Assembly (NCBI GenBank): GCA_001643675.2
Contig: LSRY02000042.1
Coordinates: 1 to 64,000 of the forward strand
DNA length: 64,000 bases
Source: Monocercomonoides exilis PA203
Lineage: Eukaryota > Protista > Preaxostyla
Direction of reading: 5' to 3'
Part shown: one piece after another, positions 13,561-25,640 of the stretch
Numbering within the stretch: the first letter of the stretch is position 1
Layout: each line of letters begins with the position of its first letter
Program-made: the position numbers and the translations under genes
Notes under the pieces: model-generated
Databases searched by the model: none
Seen by the model: only the letters and a program-made list of their open reading frames with translations
Told to the model about the DNA's origin: nothing

Positions 13561-15712
13561 GGTTTAAAGAGAGGGAAGTGGAGAAGGAGAATGTTGAGTA
13601 ATTTGATGAAAAGAACTGCAAAAATATTACAAAAACCACATTCAGTTAACTAAAAACATACTGAACGAAATAAATGTGACATACCATGTTTTCATGTTTG
13701 TTTGTGCAGAAATCTTCACCTAGTTGATGTAAATAACTTCACATGAATAAATATCAGCAAAATATTGCTTCAAATTCCAAATTACACAATGATCAAATGA
13801 ACTATTATTTGAAATAATAAGATCGAAAAAATGATAATTAGTATTTTCAATCACATAATTTGTCTTTGGAAATTTTTTGAAAAAAAGTTCAAAAACAAAT
13901 CACATATTTTGTGTGAGGTGAGTAAACTTTTTGCTATTACGCTTTTCATTTTAAATTTTTTCTCAAATACAAGCACAGAATGAAAAAATTTTAAAAATAT
14001 GTGTGAATTCAGAATTGAATTCGTAACCTTTTCGAAAAGTTATTTGATTAATATTTTAATGAAATATATATATCCGCATCATATCAATATATTTCATTTT
14101 TCAGAATTAACAAAGAATGAACACTTCTTATTTATTGTCAAACATTAAAATACTGAAGTCTTTTTTTTATTTTCTTTCCAAAAAAATATTCAAGTGTCTA
14201 ATAAAATGTTCTTTTTAAATAAATTGCACATAATAATGAAAATTTCGGTAGATTTTATTTAAAATTACAACTATTTTGGTTGTTGATTATTCAGAAAATT
14301 CAATCATTTTCCTTAGAGTTGGTTGAAAATAATATATTATTTCAATATTTTCAAAAGTCAACAGTTGATTAAATAATTGTCAGAAATGAACGTGATTGGA
14401 ACTGTCACTTTTCTTTGTTCATTAACAAAATTAAAATACAAAATTGTCAAACAAAAATTTTCTCATGAAAATATCTGATATCAAATATAATCACCCTGTC
14501 ATATGTTATTTGATGAAATAAAATTCAGTTTGATTGATGATACATTTTTTAAAAAAATAAAACAAAATAATTAACAAATATTGTAAATGTTGATATTTAT
14601 TTGTGTTTAAATTGACTGTTTCAATATCACAAAATCCTTTTTTCCAATAAATATATGATGAACATTTTTAATTTCATATTCTTTCATTATTTTCCTTTCT
14701 TTTTCAAATATATTTTTTTTAATAGTAAAGTGATTTACAGAAAGTGCAAAAAAAAGAAATAACAAATATTTAACAATTCGTTTGCATTGATAATTTAATT
14801 CACAACATTGTTCCATCAAACACAATGAACATCACAAATGCATAATTTCCAAGCTTTTTCATTACTCTCAATAAATTTTTAATGATTTCAAAAATAATCA
14901 CTCATATTATTGAAAGGAACTGACTTTTCAATTTTTCTTTCAGTTTCTCCCGATATCAAATACATTGAAACAAATGTGTAACAAAGTTATTTTATATTGT
15001 TTCAAACGAACAAACAGATGAATATTCAGCTTTTGAAAAACTTTTTTCTTTCAAAAATTTCTTTCAAAAAAAAGTGAAAAGAAAAAGTTCAATGCGGACT
15101 TCCAAGGTCAAAAAAGAATCAAATTGTGATTTTCCAAAATTGTCATCCAACACTTTCAAGATGTTTATTCTTGTTCCAAATAAGCATTTTGAAAAAGAAA
15201 CAATTTTTAAAACTTAAAATAAATTCATTGAAAACAAAAACATGATAAAAATTTGTTAAAAATTTTTTCACCCATAATTCATTTTTTATTTTCATAAATA
15301 ATATATCATCATATTCATTCATCGTTAAATTTCTTGTAACATTCTCAAAATGTCAAAAACTTTCAGATGAAATCCTCAAATGATGATGAATAAGAGTTCT
15401 GTGATATGTTTTTCTGTTGATTTGCATTTTTCCATCAGTTGAGTGATCTTCAATAATTCCAAACATTGTTTTGACTTGAAAACATTGATTCATGACCAAT
15501 AGGCAATATCTGATGTTAGGGTACACTTTGCAAAAAATAACCTAGTTACACCTTTCAGAACATGGATGGCTTTCAACATATATATGATGAATTGTGTTGA
15601 AACAGAATAACCAAATGAACACATGACTTAAAACGTTTTGCAGACATGTTGTACTTATCTCACACGTGCAAAAAATGTTAGGGTTGCGGTCAGAAGAATA
15701 GACGCTGAAGAT

Positions 15713-15736
15713 CTAACCCTAACCTAACCCTAACCC
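15713..15736 (+). repeat. Interstitial telomere-like repeat CTAACCCTAACCTAACCCTAACCC
   Basis: About four units. Opposite-strand GTTAGGGT units occur at ~15515 and ~15677. Confidence 0.85.
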
Positions 15737-16038
15737 AGCACCAGGGGAGTAGAGGTTGATATGGGAGAGCGTGAAAAATAAAGCAGGAAGAGCACAAAAA
15801 CAAGAAGCTGAGATTATAATGTTAATCGATCAAAAAACATAGCGAATATTTCACATCAAAAAAACGTTAAAAAAGGTGAAAGAAGGAAGAGCAGGATGAT
15901 TTAAACAATGAATGAAAGGAGATTGCAGTTTATGAGGATGCAGTTGTTAAAAGGTACATACACTTCCACCGCCTCAGCCATTGCATATACAAGGGGTGTT
16001 TGAGAAGTCAGCATTGAAAAGGAGCAGCTTGACAAAAG

Positions 16039-16097
16039 CAGATTAGCTGAAAGAGAAGCGATAAAAGAGGGACTTAGTTTCTCTTTCAGCTAATCTG
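16039..16097. other. Perfect 19-bp inverted repeat (hairpin)
   Basis: CAGATTAGCTGAAAGAGAA (16039-57) and TTCTCTTTCAGCTAATCTG (16079-97) with a 21-nt loop. Confidence 0.9.
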
Positions 16098-17257
16098 ATA
16101 AAAAAAGATTTAAGAGATGAGAATGGTTATGTGACAGAAGTTTTTTAAGTTAAAAAAAGTGAAAATTCCCCAATTTCCTTATTTATTTATTATTTCATTG
16201 CAATTTTTTTTAACATTGTTTGATCAATTTTTTTAATAACTTCTTCAAAGTATTATTTGCTTTTATAGAAAAACAAACAGCAAACATTTGTGTATCTGAT
16301 AAATATCTTGTTTAACTATAATCTTTTTCGATGTTAATTTTTGAAAATTGTTTATTTTTTACAAATGTTTTAAGATCTTCAAAATTAATTAAATAATTTC
16401 TTTGTAATAACATCATAAAACTAATTTTCATATTAAAAAATTATTGATTTCATTATGTTATTATTGTTTTCATGCTTCAAATACCAGTGAACATTTGTTT
16501 CGTACTGTTTGCTTCAGTTTTGTAATTTTTTGAATAAAAATTAATACTTTTTTCAAAATTTGTGATAAAATCAATTGGAAACAAATTTAAATCAACAAAT
16601 AAATAATTATAATAATAATTTTTGCTATATATTCGTGAGATCATCACTTTCATTTTTCTAATCAACCCCACCCTTAATGGAAATTTTTTATGATCAAACT
16701 TCGTAATTTTTTATGATATCAAAAAAAATCACCCAATTGATAAAAACAGTTTCTGATTATGTTTCACGATGGCATGGAATTATAAACTGCGTGAGTTCAA
16801 GAAGTTCATCATTCCTTTGAGAATGAAGCAGAAGATTCAATGAAATTAACCAGAAGTTACAATACCGTTTCTGAATGTGAAGAATTTGTGAATGCGACAC
16901 AGATCTATAACAAAAAAAGAGCAATGAATCAAAAAACAAAAATTATGATAATTAAAAAATTAAATATATAATTTTGAACATTCTAAATATTAATGAAGCA
17001 GTAAAAGCCCTTCTGAGAACGTATTTTCTTATATTCACATGCATACATCATATGTTTTTTTTCTTTTTTTAAAAAAAATAAGAAATCACATTCTCATAAT
17101 AGTAATTTTATTTTTGAATGAACAATATCTCCAAAACTTTCGAAAAATACATATTTCAAAATTTTTTGGAATGAAATGAACACTAAAATAATTTCACATA
17201 AATTTCGGCCGAAAAAGTTAATATAAAAACAATTCAAAAATATCAAATAATAAACTT

Positions 17258-20200
17258 TCATTTAATTTTGAATTGGTTCAAAAATGTCTTATCAAGCGTT
17301 TGCCCTGGGAGGCTGATTCTGGACCCAAAGCCTTCAAGGGACTGTGCTGGACCGGTCACAGCACAGTCCCAGGACGGAATCAGCCTAGCCCCTTCATTTT
17401 CTGCACACAACAAAAAAAATCCGGGGTACTTTAATTTTTTTGGAAAAATATTCCAAAAAAATTGAAGCTTGAGCAACAAACAACTTGAAAAGTTCATTTT
17501 CGAAACAAAGACAAAATTATTTGAAAGCAGAAAACAACAAATCAAAAAACTTTTGCAAAACGAATTCAATAAACAACAATGTTTTTTTCTTTCAGTGAAC
17601 AATTTTAACGTATTGCTTCCAATTAACTCAACTTGTGGAACAGACTCACGAATTGAAAATTGTTTTTTATTTTTTTCATCTCTCACCCTTTCCTCTTTAA
17701 AATTCATCTTGACATCCCCTCTTGAATTCGATGGAGAAGCAACAGATCTGTAAATATTTTCATTTCGCTTTTCGTAAAATAAGAAGGTTTTCACAGCATC
17801 TGCCTTCAGCTTTTTCCAAAGAATTTTATTGGAAGCGTTGTACCTGAAAAAATATGTTATTAAAAAATGAAAGAAGATCAACAATCATCAAAAGAAAAAA
17901 TAAAAAAATATAACAACCTTAAAAAATACCGATATGTATTTTTTAGTTTATTAACGTCAAAATCATTCAGTGAATGAGAGTTGTGAATGATCTTATTGAA
18001 AAAATTAATTAGTTCATCTATATTATTTATTGAGATATCATTGTTCAATTCGTAATTTAGCAGACGTGTCAAACTCCCTAACTCCCCGTCACACTCACAT
18101 TTACCATGTTTTTCACAAAAAAATGATAAAGTGGTGGTTTTATTTTTTGCAAATGAAGAATTATTAGACAAAAGGAAATGAAGGAGTTGTGAATTGCGAA
18201 AGTGTGGCCCATTGTCACACATGAAATTAAATTTGTTTTTTTGTTGAAGCATTGGCAATGAAAGAACGATTTGCAAACACTCAATGGTGAATCGATAATC
18301 ATGAATGAGAATCTTCGAAAAGAGATTGAAAGCGTGTTTTGTTCTGTTATTTTTATCGTCCAAAACATAAACAATTACACAAAAGTGAGATGCACTTTCT
18401 TTGGAATAGAAATCTTTGCTCAGTTGATTTCTCCGAAGTGGAAAAGTCCAGTTTTCTTTGAAGTCAAATAGAATTAATGCTTCGTTTGGAGTTAAGTTGT
18501 TCTTCAAAAATCTGAAGTGACTTTGTTGATGAGATGCAAGAAGTCGATGATCTTCAATAAGTTGCATTGTTTCATTTTCTTTTTCTGAAAGATCAGAATT
18601 CTTTGATTTGAGGTTGTCTCGTTTCTTTTGAAGAGAGGAATACATTTCGCATAAATGGCATAAATCTGTTCGGCGCTTAGCCTGCTTTATATGTTTGGTT
18701 TTTTTATAGAAAGTGCTTTTGGACATTTTTATATGGGTTTCTTTAAATTTTTCAAACAACTTGGCTTTTGTCATGTTTATTATTCGAGTCGGAGGTTTTT
18801 TCATTTGAAAATCAATCTGCTTTTGATGATTCTGTGTGAAGTTCTTTTTGATTGAGGAGTTTCTTCGTTTGAAGCAATTTCTAGTTTCCGATGAAGATGT
18901 TGCATTATTAAAGAAAGTGCGTTGTTTTGAATGAATTGGCTGATGCAATGAAGTGGCTGAATATTGTTGAATTGATGAAGAAATTGAGTCATTTGCATGA
19001 GGAGTGTTGTTTGAAATGTTTGAAGAAATTGAAGTGAAACGGGAAGGTGATGATATGTAATTTGTCGTTGATGATAGGCACAAAGAATTTGTTCCTTCAT
19101 CTTCACTGTTCTTCATGCTATTTGCTGCATGCTTCTCGAACGAATTAATTCTGATATCATCGTGATGATTTTGAGACAAGAAAATATCGCGTCCAATGTT
19201 AAATAAGTCGGGGGAGAATGGATTCTGAAGATTATTGAAGCGCTGTTTATTGTTACGAACGTAGACAAATAAAAATGGACGAGAACCACCATTTATTTGT
19301 CTATTTATTTCAGATTGCACATTTTGTCCAACCACCGAAATATTTTCATCGTTGCATAATAACCATTCATCATTCGACAAATGAACGTTGCCCTCTTTTT
19401 GATTCAAGCACAAAGAGAAAAAATGTCCAGATTCATTATTCCCTTGAAAAAACAATACAGAAATCAAACTGAAGTTACAAGCTCCCTAAACATGACAATC
19501 ACCACATTTCAATCCCTCCATTTCATTTGAAAATGACAAACAAAAAGGAACATTCAACGTGTTTTCTCTGTTGTTATTTAGAGATTCAAGTGAAATGGCT
19601 AAAATATTTGGAAACTGAATGATATTTAAAATTGCCAAATGATTTGTGTTGTGTTTGCATTTTTCGCAAAATGCATCTCTATTGTTATGATTTGATGTGC
19701 TAAATTGAAAAGATTTGTTCAATGATTTGATAATATTATCACCATTCAAACGAATAATTGGAGAGGTTTCTGAAAAACCAAATGAAAAACTGCCACAAAC
19801 TGAGCACTTTTTGGGGAAATTAATCTGAACACACATTTTTTTTGAAAGGTCTGTAGTTGTTTTTGATAAATCACTGAAGATGTTCATAAATGCCTCATAG
19901 AATTCTTGCTGATCACCTCTGAATAAATGGTGTTCATTTTCCCATTGTTTGACAAATGATAGTGTCCATTTTGAGTTGATATTTGAGTTGAAACAGCATT
20001 TATTGCTCTTGAAATTAGAAACAAGCTGTAGTAATTTCTCTAAATATGAATTCTTTGACACGTTTGTAACTTCGATGAGATCAAAAAATTGATATATTGT
20101 TCTGAATACTTGAATTAAAGAAGCCAAATAACATGTATTCCCAAAATTTTGTAATGGATAACAGCTTGTCTGCGCTGAATTCTGGAAGATCGATGTGTCT

Positions 20201-21377
20201 TTTGATGTTTTTGGCCATTGATCACGATCATCACAATTTGATCCATATGTGCCTTTTAGATCTCTGAATGATGAATGAGATAAATTTTCGTTGATGGATT
20301 CCATTTCTATGTCACCATCATAAACATCATATGAATTGTTTGAACAATCAAAGTTTGATGATCCAATGTTTAAAGCACCACCATTAAATGTTAAACCTTT
20401 GATTTGCTGATGTGATCTGCATTCGCAGTCAATCCATTGATCTATTCCTTGATGAATGTTATTTAACGTGGGTGAATTAATATCATTTATTTCTATTTCA
20501 GGTGACCCAAAGTCCAAGTCTACAATTTGATCACTTTGAAAATAATTTTTTAGAGGGTCGATATCTTCCTCCATGCAATCATCTGAATTTAAAATTGAAA
20601 AATCATCATCTTCACAATCCATTGAGCCTTTTCCGAATTAATTTGAAATTCAATTTGTTTCATATGAAAGAATAAAGCATACATTCGTTTAACTGTACTG
20701 TTCGTCTCGAACCTTCCGAAGATTCAGTTGAGTTTTCTATTAGAAAATTCAAGAATTTTTCCTCGTCTGTTTTGCTGAGCTCTTGGTTTATCCATCAAAA
20801 TATATAGAAAAAAAATGAACAATTTTATCATAAAATGAATCCAAACTTGATTTAGAGGGTGGAAGAGTAGGTTTATTTGGATATGGAAATCAAAAATTTC
20901 AGAAGAACTGTTTTGCTTTGCATGTTTATAACTTCCGATTGTGCAGTTAAATCCAAACATAAGGAGCTGCTGATAGCTGAATTCGTGGCATAAACATTTG
21001 AGAATAGAAACTTTTGAATGAACATTGAGTTCATTATTGTAAACAGATGCCAGCCTCATAACAACATATTTGTTTTTGTCTGTTGAAAGAGATTGAAAGA
21101 TTATTGATCAAATAAAGAATACAGTAACAGAAAACGAAAAACCATTGAATATCTTCTGAATTTGAGGAAATAACTTTTTTCCTTTATTTGTATGTTGAAA
21201 CATGTATTCCATCAAAATAACAGGGTCTCCGTATGACTGTTCTTCCAAAAATTTCCATGATTTGCTGCACTTTTCACTTTTCCTGGAACTTGACAATTCA
21301 GAAAACACTTTTCCTTCCATGATCATCATCCTATATTTCCTATTCGTTGGTCTTAAATAAAGAATCGATCTTTTCAT
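17258..21377 (-). mobile_element. Sola2-like DDD transposase gene with an embedded USP (peptidase C19) domain; probably inactive copy, termini not found
   Basis: Transposase motifs are DFKENW (D 18463-65), CDNGPHFRN (D 18214-16) and FFCEKHGKCECDG (D 18088-90), with upstream KSTFYK...DLCHLCE. USP motifs are LQNFGNTCYLASLIQ (C 20131-33), QQEFYE, CSVC/CEKC, SGHFF (H 19423-25) and WLLCND. ORFs 19486..20622 and 17878..19467 are in frame across one TAG. A GT..AG intron at 17917-17844 joins in frame to YNASNKILW. N-terminal fragments are 21108..21377 and 20724..21059. Confidence 0.75.
17310..17386. other. GC-rich nested stem-loop
   Basis: Outer stem AGGCTGATTC (17310-19) / GAATCAGCCT (17377-86). 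Inner stem GGGACTGTGCTG (17338-49) / CAGCACAGTCCC (17359-70). Loop GACCGGTCA. Confidence 0.85.
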
Positions 21378-23089
21378 TATTTACAAAATGCTGAATGACA
21401 GATGAAAATATAAAAGCTGATATGTGCTTTTTATGAATTTTTTGACTTTTTATTTCAATTTTTCTAAGAAAGCTTCAATTTTTAAGTTTTTTCTTCCAAT
21501 GAATTATATGAAATGTTCTGATGACTTTGAAGGCATGTGATCAATATGATAAAATTGAACATATTAGAACATGCATTTAAAAAGAAAAGCAGAAGCATTT
21601 CGGTTCGTGCAGTTCAAATAAAGATGCATATGAAGAATTGTCCACATTATAAAGATCAGAAATAACAAATCATCAAAAATACAAGAACCGAGAAAAAAAT
21701 GTCAAAAAAACAATTTGAATTGAGTCGTCTGTACAGCAAGGGAGGATGATTATGTTTGAATTTGTTAACTTAGCTAATGAAATCGGATTAAATTAATTTT
21801 TGGAGATGAATATGTTGAAAAAAGAATTAGAGGAAAAGGAAGAGGAAAAAGAAGGAGGAGGAAAATTTAAATTGGAAGGTTTAATCTGGACAACTTCTGT
21901 TCGAACGATATGTTGTTAATTGCGAAGAATAGCTGAGGAAGAAAAGGTGGAGGAATACGAAGAAGATGGATGATGAATCATTAGGCGATATAACCTTCTT
22001 TACTCCATCTGAACTCAGTTCAGGTGAAATTGCTTTCAAATCTCCATTCGATTCTCCTTCTTCTTCTTCTTCTGCTGCTGCTGCTCTTCTTCTTCCTTCG
22101 CCTCGTCCTCCTTCTCCAAGAAAAAAAAGCAGCCATTTAAATAGCAATTCAACAGCATGTCCTCAAAACCCATTGAGCAACAGAAGAACTGTTAATGATG
22201 ATGCAAAATACTCTCTTTCTTTTTCTTCTTCAACTTATTCTTCAACTTCTTCTCCTTCTCCTTCTCCTTCTCCTTCTTCTCACATTAACTTCGGACAAAG
22301 ATGCAAAGCTACAAAGAGAACTGCATTACCTGAGCAGTCGTCGCCTCTGCGGGAGTGGTTTGTTCTTTTTTTGCAGGAGTGAAATGAATTCTAAAATAAC
22401 CAAATTTCGTTACGTGCCTCTGCATCTTTGTATTCTTCCTCTTCTTCTCTCCATCCTGCCCTGTACCTCCTCTCCGACATCTTTCTCCCTCCTTCAACAA
22501 AAAAAGAAACATTGAAAATTGATGTTTCTTTGCTTCGCTTTTTCCATCCTTCAAAATCTTGAAATAAAAAAAATAATAAAGAAGATAGAAGATAATCTCC
22601 AGCGAAAATAAAAAAAAAATAGCGTTTGCAGACTTTGGATGCTTGTGGCTTGAATGGACACACTTTGTGCTTTTGGGCATTCGCCAAACTCGCTTCACAG
22701 AAGAAAAAGGGGAATAAGAAATAGACGACAACGATCTGCAGATTGAAGCAGACGAAATGGGGCTGCAGAGGAAGGAAGAGATGCTCATCTTTCTGTGCTT
22801 GAAGGACATCGCTCTTCGGCCTGCGTGATTGGAAGGCATCAAATGCCAACGAGATTGCGGATGAGGAAGATAAACCCTGATGAAAACAAAGAGAATGAGT
22901 TGGCTGTGCTTCAACAGCGAAGAGGAGGAAGATGGATGGAAAGGTTGGCATTCATTCATCAACACTCATGATGCAAATGACAATGCTTCTGAAATGCATT
23001 CTCTGATGCACAATGCACAAAATTCAATGGATCATGTACAAACATAGAAGCTGAGCGAAACAACAGCTTTGTTGAAAAACAGATGATGA

Positions 23090-24050
23090 AAACAAACAAT
23101 CAAATTCTATTTCATTGGCTGTGGTGACAAAGAAAGCAAACCTCGAATGATAATTGCCATTTTGAGCAAAAATGGCTGTCCCTTTGAAGAATGAAATCCA
23201 AATGCAACTGAACATTTCGCTGTTCGACTACTAACAAACATTCCATAAAGGTTATATATCCGATAGAGTTCCTCATTTTTTTTGAAGCAAAAGCGGAATC
23301 ATAAATAGAAATTGGTCACTATCCATGTCTACCTGGCGCAGTCCGAGAAACAGGAAAACCTTATAAATATAATTGATATTTTGGGGTTCTCCTTTTTTCG
23401 TTGATTTATTGCCTTTTTTGTGATTAATATCCTTCTCTCGATATTGCCAGCCACTTTCCTTGCCAAAAAATTCCGCAAGCTGCTCCACTGCATTAAATTC
23501 CAAAATGCTATATTATTTTGTGCAGATTTTGTCCTTTCACAAAATTCTATCCATAAATCTACATTTTATAATATTATAGTTGAATTTGTTTTCACCTCTT
23601 GTTCCAAATAAAAATCATGGCCTTTGCGTAACTTCATTTATTTCCCAATGTCTATATAATAATCTGCTCCATTCTCATCGAATTGCTCTCCAAAGCGGAG
23701 ATTGGCCATTTCAACAATAACTCATATTTCTGCACTTTGGAAAGGATACAAATGGTAATACCTTTACAATATATAGAACAATACAAAATACATACACTAT
23801 GTCTTTTTGTTCTAAAATAAAATTGTTGTATTTCGTATGTCATCCAATTTTCAAAAATAATCAGACAGAATTTCAAAAATATTGTATTGCCTCATTTCTT
23901 GTTGCCTTTACAGGAAATAATATTCTAAGTTCTATAGGTGATGTTCACTCACGGAATTCTCATTCTATGAATGGATAATTCCGTTCTTTCAAATCTGATG
24001 ATCATTGAATCCATTACAAATAAAGATTAATAATGAATCGTTATTTTATC
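23090..24050 (-). repeat. Dispersed ~0.9-kb repeat, copy 1 (inverted relative to 33600-34520; upstream of a helical-family gene)
   Basis: Reverse complement of 33600-34520. The ORF track gives the identical peptide INILLSILPATF...FTSCSK at 23420+ and 34017-. Confidence 0.9.
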
Positions 24051-24221
24051 CACAGTTGCTTATAAAAAATGTCAACAAAAGAAAGAATAGAATAAACACA
24101 CATATTTTTCTATTGCTATTTTGTGATAAAATTTATTCATCTTTCTTCTATCCAAACATTTGTTCATTCAACGTGAATGACGAAATTTTTTGTGTTTTCC
24201 GAATGCAATCTGTTTTCGAAA

Positions 24222-25640
24222 ATGCAGGAGATGGAAAGCTCAATAAAATTCAATGGTGTCCAATTTTTTTATGGAATTCAATTCTTTATAATCCGTTTCT
24301 TTTCTCATTTTTATTTTTGAAGAGTTGTTTTCTGAATAAGAGCGAAGCTTAGAAATTGAACAGAAAAAATAATCGAAGGGATTAATTTGCTAATGGAAGT
24401 AATGAATGAAAAAGAATTTGGTTCTGTAGTCTCAACAGATCTGTTCAAAAAATTGACAAAATGATCGAAGAAAAGAAACTGTCAATGGAAAATGTCATTG
24501 GGTTGTTGAAGCATATTGGATTTTGCGTCGTTCTTTTGTTCTTGTGGAGTTATGACTTTAATAATTCTTTGCTGCACAGAAAATTTAAAAAGATGATTAT
24601 TGAAGAAGAAAAGAAAAAAGATGAAAAGAATGAAAAGCTTCTGACTGATCTTTGCGAGTGCTTTGTTTTGCTCAAGTGTGGAATTTCATCGGATTTGTAA
24701 TCAATTTGTGTGCCTTATCTCCTGAAAATTGCCTTGAAGAAAAAAGAAAGCGAAGAAACTCAAATGGAAGTGGAAATGGCATTGCTGACTTTGAGCTACA
24801 TCAGATTTAATGAATAAACATTATTATTTCCTTTTACTATAAACTTTTTTTCTTCCTTTTTTGCATAGGAAATGAAAAGAGAACTGTGTTTAAAGCAAAT
24901 CAAAGAAATCATCGAACATCATCAGGAATATCAGAACATGACAAGGCTTGTCTATCAATCAATTTGGCAATTTTTGATAGACAGATTTTACAAAGACAAA
25001 AGCTTGGAAAGAGTTATTGTGAACGAATTACACTTTGCTAGAGAAGCAGCAAGAGAACTGGAAGAGCTAACAAAGTGCTTGAATTGGAAAAATAAATTTG
25101 AGAAAATGAGCAAAGAAGAAGCGAATGAAGAGCTAGTAATTCGGAGATGGATCAAAACACTTGAGATTTTTACCAGCAGTTGTCGATTGTGGAATGAAGA
25201 ATACGTTGGACTTATCAACAGTCTTGTTCAGTTATTTCGAGCAGCAAAGGATAACCACAGGGGAATTTGCTACGGGTGCATTTTTTCCTTGAGAAATATG
25301 GCAGAAAGGAGAGTTGTCGAAAATGAAGACTTGGTGAACATAGGAGCTTTTGGTCTCTTTTTGGATGGGATTCAGAGGCCAACATTGGATGATAGATTGA
25401 CATATCAATTTTTGGTGTTTTTCCTGAATATTTCAATGCTATTGAAAAGAAAGGAAAAAGATGAAATTGGAGAAGTGAAAAGAAAAACGATAATGAGGAA
25501 AGTGTTTTAAAAGATGGAAAAAGAAGGACGCGAGAATATTATCACAAGCTTTCATGAAATATTTGATTTTTTTACAGAAAATTTTATGATGATAATTTTT
25601 CTTTGAACATTTCATATTATTTTGCATTCGTTTGAATCAA
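24222..25640 (+). pseudogene. Member of an expanded uncharacterised helical protein family (EKLLxDLCEC / YHQExxNLTRLAYQSxWQFL), disrupted
   Basis: Paralogous to 58053-59472. ATG at 24222. In-frame TAA at 24698 and 25508 (the latter where the paralog has Glu: MFEKMEE). Frameshift near 24370. The second intron donor appears mutated to AT; its acceptor is TTGCATAG at ~24868. Confidence 0.85.

Noticed and set aside
15713-15736. Telomerase RNA template
   Set aside because: Four units is longer than a typical ~1.5-repeat template, and it lacks the adjacent GTTTGAA predicted from the variant. Kept only as a weak lead.
17310-17386. Hammerhead ribozyme, SECIS or tRNA
   Set aside because: No CUGANGA/GAAA core, no AUGA/GA quartet with apical AA, no cloverleaf; the in-frame stop is TAG rather than TGA.
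21881-23050. Protein-coding gene
   Set aside because: Coding-like but fragmented, low complexity and without an identifiable motif.
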